DNA from: the human T2T-CHM13v2.0 reference genome, Homo sapiens
Strand: one strand, 5' to 3'
Assembly: GCF_009914755.1 (NCBI RefSeq)
Contig: NC_060926.1
DNA length: 64,000 bases
The notes under the pieces are model-generated. The model was not told the DNA's origin and made no database searches. It saw nothing but the letters and a program-made list of their open reading frames with translations. Positions 16,260-28,058 of this stretch are shown one piece after another (position 1 is the first letter of the stretch; every line of letters begins with the position of its first letter). The position numbers and the translations under genes are program-made.

Positions 16260-16724
16260 TGTATTAGTTTTCTAAGTTGCTGTAATAAAGGACCACAGAC
16301 GGAAGGCTTAAACAACAGAAATGGATTGTTTCACAGTTCTGGAGTCTAGAAGTCTGCAGTCAAGTTGTTGGCCAGGTTGGTTCCTTCTGAGGGCTCTCAT
16401 GGAGACTCTGTCCCATGCCCTTCTCCAGGCTTCTGGTGGTTTTCTGGCAATCTTTAGTCTTGTCCCTTGACTTGAAGAAGCATCACCTTGATCTCTGCCT
16501 CCTTCTTCACACGTTATTATTTCTGTATGTGTTCCTGTGTCCAAATTTTCCAGTTTTATGAAGACACATCAGTCAAATTGGATTAGAAACCCACCCACTC
16601 CTATGTAATCTTACTTTAACTAAGTGTGTCTGCAGTGACCCTACGTCCAAATAATTTTGCATTCTGAGGTGCTGGGAATTTCTTCAACATATGAATTTCT
16701 GAAAGACACAGTTAAACCCATAAT
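16260..16724 (-). mobile_element. MLT1B/C-like MaLR LTR
   Basis: 'tgtattagttttctaagttgctgtaataaag...ggcttaaacaacagaaat...cacagttctggag'. Confidence 0.85.
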
Positions 16725-16984
16725 AGTGTTTGTTTGACTTATCAGAAGTTTGAATCGTTTTAAAAAATCAGCTATTTTTTTAAATGATAGAGTAAATTTT
16801 GCCATTTTTATTTTAAATAGACTTAAGATTTTAAAAATTTGCATTGACATGAAAAATTTAGATTAAAGATTTTTAATTTTAATTAATGAGGTAAAACACA
16901 GGCAGTTTTGTGTTTTTTTGGTTTTTGTTTTTGTGTTTGGACAAAAGATATATTATGCAAACACTAACTTAAAAAACTTCCAGT

Positions 16985-17290
16985 GGTGGACACATGACTG
17001 AGGCCTGACTGTTCAGCAGAATCCACTTCCCTAGCTGCAATGATTCGTTCAGTGAGGCACATGTGACCCAAGTCAGTCCAACCAGAGCTAATCTCAGGAC
17101 TTCCTTGTGCAACTGAAAATAGGGGTTCCCTGTTCCCCTGGGGTTGCTGTCATTAAGAATAGTGTAAACCTGGAGCTGTCAGGGGTCACTATTCAGAATC
17201 TGAAAATGAGGCTAATACAAAGGAAAGTGGACTCAAGAAATGAAGAGACTCATGGCCCAAGTGATGTAAGTTGAGCTCCCAGACACTGCT
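16985..17290. mobile_element. Old MLT1 (J/K-like) LTR fragment
   Basis: 'gattcgttcagtgaggcacatgtgacccaagtcagtccaaccagagc'. Confidence 0.5.
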
Positions 17291-17972
17291 AACACAGGCA
17301 ATTTTAAATTTTGCTTTCCACACTTACATCTTCCTAGGTATTAAACACTCAACCAACACTGTTTACCAGTCCAAGGTCAGCTGAACATAATACTGTATGC
17401 CACGACCTTGGTCACCAATAATTCTTTATGTGCATTCAACTTGTACCTAAAAAATAAAAAACATACTGAGACTTCTAGTTCATTCCATAAAAATCTGAAT
17501 CAATGTGGGTTTATTTTTATTTCGTGACTAGAACTAATTGAAATAGAAAACTAAGCTAGCTTGAAGTGGCTTATTTTCACATTGGAGACTGGAATATAGA
17601 AATTAGACTTTTGCCATTATTATGACATTAAAGCAATCTGGAGTAAATTGCCTTCAAATATACAGAGTTGATAAAGTCAATTTTGGCACAGTTTGTATTA
17701 TAGGACTGATATAATCATTCTGATTTCCCTGTGTACCAAATACACAAAGATTAATGTTTTTCAAAAACATTATACAATGTTATACAATTTCAAAAAGTTA
17801 TACAATTTTTCTTTAATAGTTTTTATATATTAGGTATAAAAATTTATTACACCATTTTATAAGTAGATGTTCTAAAGAGACGAATCTGATTAAAAACCAT
17901 ATGCCTAGGTTGATGTTATCCCATTAGTACTTTTAAATGTATTTTGTGTCTGTTAAATAGAAAATAGAATAC

Positions 17973-18318
17973 TCATATGGTTTTGCTCTGTGTCCCCACC
18001 CAAATATCATCTTGTAGCTCCCATAATTCCCACATGTGAATTGTGGGAGGGACCTGGTGGGAGATAATTGAATCATGGATCTTTCCTGTGCTGTTTTTGT
18101 GATAAGTCACATGAGATCTGATGGTTTTAAAAGTGGGAGTTTCCCTGCACAAGCTCTCTGCCTTGTCTGCTGCCATGTGAGACTTGCCTTTCACCTTCTG
18201 CCACGATTGTGAGGTCTCCACAACCACATGGAACTGTAAGTCCATTAAACCTCTTTCTTTTGTAAATTGCCCAGTCTCGGATATGTCTTTATCAACAGTG
18301 TAAAAATGGACTAATACA
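17973..18318 (+). mobile_element. THE1B-like solo LTR
   Basis: t(c)atatggttt...ggactaataca; perfect 5-bp TSD AATAC. Confidence 0.92.
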
Positions 18319-21300
18319 AATACTAAAACTTGGTTCCTAGTCTCTTCACTTATTACCTTCTTTAACCATTAAAAAAAATATAACTTCAGTACTGAATTAG
18401 TGCAATATTTTCACACTAAAAAACCCCCACAAACCCTTCATCTTTAATGTTATTTGCAAGAGCAAAAGAAAATTAAGTACCACAACTAAACAAGTCAAAT
18501 AAATTTTAATATTAAATATACCTTTTCAAACCTTTTGAAGTGTATTATTGGATATACTTTTTCAAATGTTAGTATTAAATATAGCATTTTAAACCTGACT
18601 TACTCCTCCCTGGTATATATGTGTGTGTAAAAGGAGGTAACACTGCCATTGTGTCTCTTTCTCTGTCTCCTCAGGCTGAAAATCAATGAATTTGTTTAAA
18701 TTGTTGACTAGATTATTATGGCAGCAGAGGTTTATTTTTATTTTTAAAAAATTTATGTGATTGGAATGTGAAGACGTCTATCTCCTTATTTGGAAAGATA
18801 AGAATAGGGTCCAGGGGGAACATGTGTTAGTTTGAGTTGTTGATCTGAGGAACTATAAAGGTTTGTGTTCGTCAGAATCAATGTTGCGGTAGTTATGGAA
18901 ACAGGGAGATCACTGTGAGCTAAGGCCTTAGGGAACTCTGTAAACCAGAAGGAAGAACACAGAAGCTGAGGGCTAACGTGTTCTGAATTTGATGCATGTA
19001 ATTCTAAGAATTTTTTTAGAGTGCACTACAATAATCGTTACTACATGTAAACATATAGCACAACTTCCATGGGAAGAGAGTTTTGCCAGATTTTAAAATC
19101 TATTGTTTTTTGAACTACATTTTTTTTTTACCTTCTATTGCATTCAACATTTTGCTCAGTAAAATTTGCTGTACAAGTGTCCCTGAAATGCAGTTCTTAT
19201 TTGCTCAGCAAACTAGATTCTTGCAATCTATCCTGGAGAAGTCATTCGAGAAAGTTGGCCAGTTCCATACTTTTCAAGGTTTATTTTAAATCTCTATTGC
19301 GTGGCAAAGCAAGACAGAACCCCCTACACCCCCCGAAAACCCTACATCATTAAGAATAAAATTCAGTCTTTCTAGGTCCTTCCTGATCTCAATTAATTTC
19401 TTAAGAATTGATTTAGTTCCCATTTTAGGGCTCTTCTCCCTAGAATTTTGTAGCCCAAGGCCCCATTGTAAGATGTTTGAAACTTATAAATAAAAATATT
19501 GTTCAATTCAGGGTTAGGATGAATGATTCTGGGTCAGCTAGGTAACTATCTTTAAGTATGTCTTCAGTGAAATCTAAAGATGGTAATGAAAATATTGATC
19601 TATTATCTTTATAATAATTTGAAATTTTTAGGACTGAAGGTTTAAAAAATTCTAAAAATTTAAACATAAAAAATAAAAGCATGAGTAGACCATAAATGAA
19701 AATTTCATTATCATAAAACTTGCTACTGTCTGAGGCAGAATTCTTTTGAGTCTCTTTATCACAGCAATTTTGTTGGGTATAATTATCTCGATTTAACATA
19801 GGAGAGGCCTGAAACCCAGAAAAGTGATAGAATCTGACAAAAACATATAGTTGCTTGAAGGGGAGACTCAGAGTTTGAATTTATTTCTCATTTCAAAGTC
19901 CCATTGTTTCCAATACAACATGCTGTTCCCCAGAGACAATATTTAAAATGAGAAAATATCATTCCTTATCCCCTTGATATACTGAGTGACCATTTGTTTA
20001 AAAAGAGAACGTATCCAAAGCAAACATAATGAAGATTTCTTTCCTTTTCTGTTTTTTCAGCTGATGTAAAGTTTTGATGTTAAAACTAAAAATGAAGTTT
20101 TCATTAAATAGAAAACTTCTCAGCAGAGAATTAAGTGTTTTTCAAGGAAATCTAATTTATTTATTTTTCAGTAATAGGGTACACTAACTAAAAATGTGGT
20201 CTTCATTTTTTCCTGTTTCTTTTTTTTTTTTGTGCCAAACATTGATGAGGTGAAGTTAAAAGAAGAAAATAAAAGAAACCAAACCAAATCAAACCAAACC
20301 ATAAACAATTGTTTTTTATACACTGCAAGCAATGGAGGGCGTACAAACTTAAATTTACCTTTCAGGTAAATCTTAACTTTGGATAACTTTCCTGAGCCCA
20401 TTCAGTTAAAGAAATGTACAGGAATTACACAACCATTGCTTGTGGAAAATCTTGAAGTAACTCAGATACATATATATTTTACTTTAAAAGCTAAGAGTTC
20501 TGATGACTCTTGCTGAGTGCATATTTCAGGCAGTTTCTTTAGGAAAATATATATTTTTGTATGTTTTTAATTATTTTTTATGTGTGCGGAGATGAGGGTG
20601 TTATTTTTCAGTCTGAGGGATAGGTTAGAATTAGTCTGAGTTAGAATAGCTGAAGTTCTTTACAGAATTTTTGTAACAATTATTATCCAATATGCAAAAA
20701 CAGGTTTATTGCCCCACTACTCTGCTTATATAAATTTCTTAGACAAAATATTTACATTGCATAGCTAAACCCATTTTGTGGCTAATATATCGAAGATGGA
20801 CAGCCACTCTACTGGTCAACACATTAGGTTAGACATAAACAGAAAAGTGAGTATGAGGTCAACTCTAGACCATGGAATTTCTCAGAACAGCTGGTGATAA
20901 GCTGTACCTCCATTTGTAGCTGAGATTTTATGCCACAGTCTTCCCAAGCAGTATTCATATTCTAGGTGGGTCTTTTAGTACCTAGTAAGTAACTGTTAGA
21001 GGTATCCTTGCTCTAGGGGTAGGACAAATGGCTTGTGTCAGGGATAAATCCTTAGATTTGGACTCAGATACTGCTGGCTAGCTGCATATCTTTTAATAAA
21101 GCACTGCATTTCTAAATATGTCCAGACTTAAGTGTACTCTTGTCACTTCAAATACTTATTAACTGAGGCAACCTGTGGCCCACAAGTGAATAGGAGCTGA
21201 GACAGAAATCTCTGTGAAGGTCAAACCCTCATGACATCATGCTTTAAGAGAAACTATAAAAATGAATTTGGACTGGATTTGGCATTTCTTAATGTGTACA

Positions 21301-21704
21301 GGACTACTGATAACCTTGTTCATAGTATTATTTAAAACAAAATTATCTAGAATAAACCGATAGATGATTATGTTCAGATGTAAATTTTCTCTGAGTAAGA
21401 CGGCAAAGGCACACCCAACTTCTTGGTTTTTCCAAAGGCAGAATTGTGACATTTTTAAACATCCTGTGAAGTGGCTCACTTTGAATTGGGAAAATAATGA
21501 GAAGGGAGAATTTAAACTACAGGTTTTTTTTTCCTCTAAGAGTGTACCTGGAACTTGTATTATGGGCACATTTATGCTATGTTTAATCTCCTGATCATGG
21601 GCTTGAACTTGGTATATGAAAGTAGAGACTGTATTTGTTTTATTCACTATTTATTCATTATACTGACCTCCATATTATCTGACACGTATGTGCTTCCTCC
21701 CCCA

Positions 21705-23210
21705 AGAAAACCTTTTATTGAGGTATAATTTACATATCAATAAAATATACAGATTTTTAAGAGTATAGTTTAATGGGTTTTGTCAAATTTATACATCTGT
21801 GTAACCACCACCCCAGTCAAGATACAGAACACTTCCATCACTCAAGAAACTATCTCCGTGCCTCTTTCCAGTCAACATCTTCCCTTGCCCACCAGGCAAC
21901 TACAGTTCTAATTTCTTTTACTTTGGCTTAGTTTGGCTATAATAATAATGATATATTGTATACTCCTGTGGTAATCTTCTTTTATTCAGCATAATGTTTT
22001 TGAGATTCATCTACCTTATTGTTACATCCTTAGGTGCTCTTTTTTATCGTTGAGTAGCACTAGAGTATATGAATCCACAATGTTTTTATCCATTTACTTG
22101 CAGGAGCCTTTAGGATGTTTCCAATTTGAGGTTATAAATAATATCGTTTCTATAAACATTCTTGTACAAGTATTATTGCAAAAGTATGTTTTTATTCCTC
22201 TTCGATAAATATGTAGGAGCAAAATTGCTACATAATTTGGGTAGGTATATGTTTAACTTTATAACAAATTTCTAAATATTTTCTGAAAATGATTGATTAT
22301 TTTATAATATCACTCAACCAAATATGAGGGCTCCAGTTGCCCCACATTTTCACCAAAAATTGTATTTTAAGTTTTTAAAATTTGAGGGCTTGGTGAGGTG
22401 TCATGTCGGTAATCCCAGCATTTGGAGAGGCCGAGGAAGGAGGATTGCTTGAGCCCAGGAGTTTGATACCAGTCTGGGAAGCATAACAAGACCATATCTC
22501 CATTTTTTAAAATTAGTTAGGCATGGCAGCATGTGCACATAACCTAGCTACTTGGGAGACTGAGGCAGGAGGATAGTTGAGCCTAGGAGTTCAAGGCTGC
22601 TGTGAGCTATGATTGTGTCACTGCACTCCAGCCTGAGCAACAGATTAAGATCCTGTCTCAAAAAAAAAAAAAAAAAAATTAGTCATCTTTGAAGATGTGA
22701 ACTATCTCATTGTCGTTTTGATTTACATTTCCCTAATGAATAATGATATTTTTCCCTATGTGACAAAATATCGAGCAATGAAAAATGATATTGGGCAGAT
22801 TTCATATGTCTATTGATCATTCATATATCTTTCTTTGTGAAATGTCTGTTAAGGGTTTACCCACTTACAAAATTAGGTTGTTTGACTTTTTAATTATTGA
22901 ATTATAGAAGCTTCTAAAATATATTTTAGGCAAGTTCCTTTGTCATATATCTATATTGCATGTTTTCTCCCAGTTTGTGATAGGTCTTTTTATTTTCTTA
23001 ATGGTATTTTCTATTGAATAGAAATATCTAATTTTGATAAAGTGTAATTTATAATTTTTCTTCAACAGTTATGATTTTTCATAAGGCTTTGCCTGCCCAT
23101 ATTTGCAAATATATTCTATATTTAAAATTTTTTATAGTTTTAGCCACTTAGTTTAGGTGTATGACCCATGTCAAATTAATTTTTGTGTATGGTGTGAGTA
23201 GGGGTCAAAT
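21705..23210 (-). mobile_element. L1MB/ME-type 3' end, interrupted by AluJ
   Basis: 'ttttattgaggtataatttacata...tgtgtaaccaccaccccagtcaagatacagaaca', followed by antisense ORF2 end. Confidence 0.85.
22387..22678 (+). mobile_element. Alu (AluJ-like)
   Basis: 'ggaggattgcttgagcccaggagttt' in both arms; poly(A) tail. Confidence 0.92.
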
Positions 23211-23676
23211 CTATCATAAGTAGACAGAAAGGTAGAAAAGGAATGCCTTTACAGAAAAGACATAAATGCAACCCATAAGCTCTAAGAACAATCATATGTG
23301 GTAACAATTTAAGTTCTTTAGGTTGTTTTGAATTCCTTTATAGTAGAGTGTTCAATAAAATCTTATTCATGTTACAAAACAAGAGACAGTGGCTCTTGTA
23401 ATGTCTTAAGAAAGAACTGAAATAAATCAGCCTGAGTGACTCCAGTTCTTAAGTACAAAGGGGAAAAAAATTTCAAGGATTCTTAAAAACGTTTGGGGAG
23501 AGGCTTTGAGATGGCTTGCCTCCTCCACAAAGAATATCCAAAACAGTGAGTTTATGATAACACTTTGAATAGAGCATTGAAGAGAGAACACTAAAATTCA
23601 GCAGAGAAGTGAAGGGAAACAGCTAAGACACAGAAGAAGAGGGAAGTGAGGCAGCTGGCCCAGCTGGGATTGGCAA

Positions 23677-24024
23677 TGTATTAGTCCATTTACACACTGC
23701 TATGAAGAACTTCCTGAGACTGGATAATTTATAAAGGAAAAAGGTTTAATTGACTCACAGTTCTGCATGGCTGAGGAGGAACTTGAAATCATGGTGGAAG
23801 TGGCCGCAGGCACCGTCTGCACAAGGTGTCAGGAGAAAGACAGCTTGTGAAGGAGGAACTGTCAAACACTTAACAAAACCATCAGATCTCATGAGAATTC
23901 ACTGACTGTCATGAGAACAGCGAGAGGAAACTGCTCCCATCATTCAATCACTTTCCTCCCTTGACATGTGGGGATTATAGTTCGAGATGAGATTTGGGTG
24001 GGGACACGGAGCCAAACTGTATCA
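23677..24024 (-). mobile_element. MSTA/THE1D-like solo LTR
   Basis: tgtattagtcc...ccaaactgtatca; TSD ggcaa/ggcga. Confidence 0.88.
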
Positions 24025-25463
24025 GGCGAGGATATGATAGAGGTTCTCCAATGCAGGGAAAGTCAGTGAGAGATCCCCCAGTGGTCCTAGTGCTTGAGCA
24101 TGCTGCCTGGGTGACTGGAGATTACACTGTCCCATCTGTTGCTCTAGGCACACATGTGGACCATCAGAATGCCTGACAAAAGACCCAGTCCTACTTCTGC
24201 CAGTTTCCAAGAGTGCCATCCAGGAACCTGGAGATTGCCTTGTCCCATCTGTCACCTCAGGAGCATACATACACCATTAGGATGTCTGACAAAAGACTCA
24301 CCCCTCCCTCTGTACTCCTCACTATCTGCTGCTGGTGCCCAGCATGCTGTCTGGGGGCCTGGAGATCACCTCACACCACCCACCATAGCCTTTGCCTGTG
24401 TGTACCACTGGGGGGCCTGAAGACAGGCCCACTCTGCCTGGTACCATTTTCCCAATGACTGTGCACGGTGCCCTGGGGGCCAGGAAATCACTCTGCCCCA
24501 TTGATATCTCTGGGTGTGCACATACACCATAAGAATATCTAACAGTAGGCCCAGAATGCTTGCCACTGGCACCCAAGCATGCTCACTGGAGGCCTGGAGA
24601 TCACCTACCACCACATTCCTATGCCCATATACATTATCAAGGGGCCTAAAGAGAGAAGTGCACCACCTGGCCCTTCATCCAGTGTCCAAGTGTATCATCT
24701 TAGGGTCTTGAAATCACCATACTCCACCCGTTACCATCAGCATCTGTTCACCCCTCCCAGGAATCTGGGGACTGGCTTGCCCAGCCTGTTGCTGCCACTA
24801 CTAGTACCAGCACATGCCACTTGGGAACGTGAGGGTTGGGCTGCCACTGCTACTGCCATTGCCAATGCCGTACATGCTGCCCAGGGGCCTGAGGATCCAC
24901 CAAACTTCCTACTCTACTGTTGCTACTGCTGACACGTGAACAAGCCATGTGAAAGCCCAAGAGTTGGCCCACCTAGACCCACTAACACTGTTATCTGTAT
25001 ATGCTGTCCAGGGGCCTAAGGACAGGAATGCCAGGCCTACTACTGTCACCACCGGAGCCTCAGAACTAACCCACCTGGCATTACTGTACCCTTCAAGGCC
25101 TCATCACAGCCTCCTGTGACCTCTCAGATTAAGCCACTGAAGAAATCACAGACTCCACTGATGCTGGTTACAGCAGTAGAAATCATACAGAGAGTACACT
25201 ACTGCATGCACCTAGGATCAAGGCTAATGTGTCCTACCCAACCAACACTAGAGATACAGCTACAGAAAAAAGTATTTCCCTATGAAAACCTATTTAAAAA
25301 ATATAAAGAGGTAACCATTACAATAGATGCACAGATGTTAATGTACAAATGCAAGAAACATGAGAAAGCAAGAAAACATGACACTTAAAGAGGGACAAAG
25401 TAATTATCTAGCAACAGAGTTCAGTGAAAAACAAATTTTTGAGATGCCTAAAAGAGAATTCAC

Positions 25464-25771
25464 GGCTGGGCATGGTGACTCACGCCTGTAATCCCAGCAC
25501 TTTGAGAGGCCAAAGCAGGCAGATCATGAGATCAGGAGTTTGAGACCAGCCTGGCCAACATGGTGAAATCCCATTTCTACTAAAAATACAAAAATTAGCC
25601 GGGCGTGGTGACACAGACCTGTATATCCCAGGTACTTGGGAGACTGAGTCAGGAGAGTTGCTTGAACCTGGGAAGTGAAGGTTGCAGTGAGCAAAGATCA
25701 TGCCACTTATCTCCAGCCTGGGTGACGGAGCAAGACTTCGTCTCAAAAAAAAAAAAAAAAAAAAAAAAAAA
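25464..25771 (+). mobile_element. Alu (AluS-like) in L1 ORF1
   Basis: Full Alu with long A tail; 'aattca' on both sides. Confidence 0.95.
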
Positions 25772-25907
25772 TTCAAAATAATAGTATTAAAGAAGCTCAG
25801 TGAGATATAAGATAACACAAATAAACTATACAAAAACTCAGAAAATAATTTAGGATATGAAAGAGAAATTCATTGAAGAAATAGATCTCATAAAAAAGAA
25901 CCAAACA

Positions 25908-26268
<361 letters not shown>

Positions 26269-27447
26269 TCAAAACTTGAACACAAGTCTTTTGAAGTAAC
26301 TCAGTCAGACAAAAATAAGAAAGAAAAGAATAAAAAAGAATAAAGTCAGGCTATGTGACATATGGGACACGAGAAAGTGAGCAAATATTCAAATTTTTGG
26401 TGTTCCATAAAATGTAGAGAAGGAAAATGTCATAGAAAACCTATTTAATGGAATAATAGCTGAAAACTTCCCCAGTCTCACAAGAGACAGCTATTCAAAC
26501 ACAGGAAGTTCAAAGATTCCTAAACAGATATGACCCAAAAGATCTTATTCAAAGCACGCTGTAGTCAAATTCAAAAGTCAATGACAAAGAGAATGCTAAA
26601 AACAGCAAGAGAAAAGTGTCAAGTCAAACATAAGAGAAACTCCATCACTCTAACAGCAAATTTTTCAGCAGAAACATTACAGGACAGGAGAAAATGGGAT
26701 GATATATTCAAAGTGCTGAAAGAAAAAAACCCAGCCAGTCAATAATACTATACTAGCTAACCCTCAAAAATGAAATAATATTTTAAAAAAAAAAAAAACA
26801 AAAAAAACTGAGGGAATTCATCACCACTAGTCCAGCCCTACAAGAAATGCTTAAAAACATCCTGCATTTGACAGTAACAGGATGATATCTACCATCATGA
26901 AAACACACATAAGTATTACCCTGGTAGAGCAGTCACACAAATGAGAAAGAGAAATGACTCCAATTTTACCACTACAAAAAAAAAAAAAACACTCCAATGA
27001 TAAATAATAAAAGAGAAAGGAACAAAAGATAAACAAAAACAATAAAAATGTCAGTTAACAAAATGTCAGGAATAAGTCCTTAGTCCTTACCTATCGATAA
27101 TGACTTTTAATGAAATCAGATTTAAATCTCCACCTAAGAGATATAAACTAGCTGAATGAATGAAAAAAGGCCCAAGTATTTGCTGTCTACAAGAAACTCA
27201 CCTAACCCATAAAGACATATAGACTGAAATTGAAAAGATGGACAAAGATATTTCATATAAACAGAGATAAAAAAACAAGCAGAAATAACTATACTTATAT
27301 ATTAGGTAAAACAGACTTTGAGTCAAAAGCAGTAAAAAGAGACAAAAGATCATTATACCATTATAAATGGATCAATTCATCAAGAAGATATAATGGTATA
27401 TATAAATATATATACACAAGATATAATGGTATATATACATATACCAT

Positions 27448-27475
27448 TATATATATATGTGTGTGTGTGTGTGTA

Positions 27476-27515
<40 letters not shown>

Positions 27516-27522
27516 CACACAC
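27448..27522. repeat. Compound (TA)n(TG)n(TA)n microsatellite
   Basis: Read directly; a second similar tract lies at 27825-27901. Confidence 0.92.
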
Positions 27523-27856
27523 ATTCAACACCAGACCACCAAGCTATATAAAGCAATTATTATTAGATCTAAAGGAAGAGAGATACTCCAATACAGTAAT
27601 AGTTGGGGACCTCAACACCCCACTGTCAGCATTAGAAAGATCATCTAGATAGAAAATCAATAAGAAAATCTTGGATTTAAACTGTGCTTTAGATCAAATA
27701 TATCTAACATACATTCATAGAACATTTTATCCAATAGCTGCAGAATACACATTCTCATTAACACATGGAACATTCTCCAAGATACATCATGTGTTAGGAC
27801 TCAAAACAAGTCTCAACAAAGTTAATATATATATGCATGTATATATATTATATATA

Positions 27857-27896
<40 letters not shown>

Positions 27897-28058
27897 GTAT
27901 AGTGTCTTCTCAGACCACAACGGAGTAAAACTTTGGAAACTGTACAAATATTAGTATGTAGAAATTGAACAACATGCTCTTGAACAACCATTGGGTCAGT
28001 GAATAAATTAATTTAAAAATTTAACAATTTTTGGAAACAAATAAAAATTGAAACACTA

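Noticed and set aside
20168-20470. Exon-like segment and ORF MGSGKLSKVKIYLKG
   Set aside because: No recognised homology; the ORF runs into low-complexity sequence.
24100-25030. CRISPR-like repeat/spacer array
   Set aside because: Units are degenerate tandem monomers in an L1 5'UTR; eukaryotic context, no cas genes.
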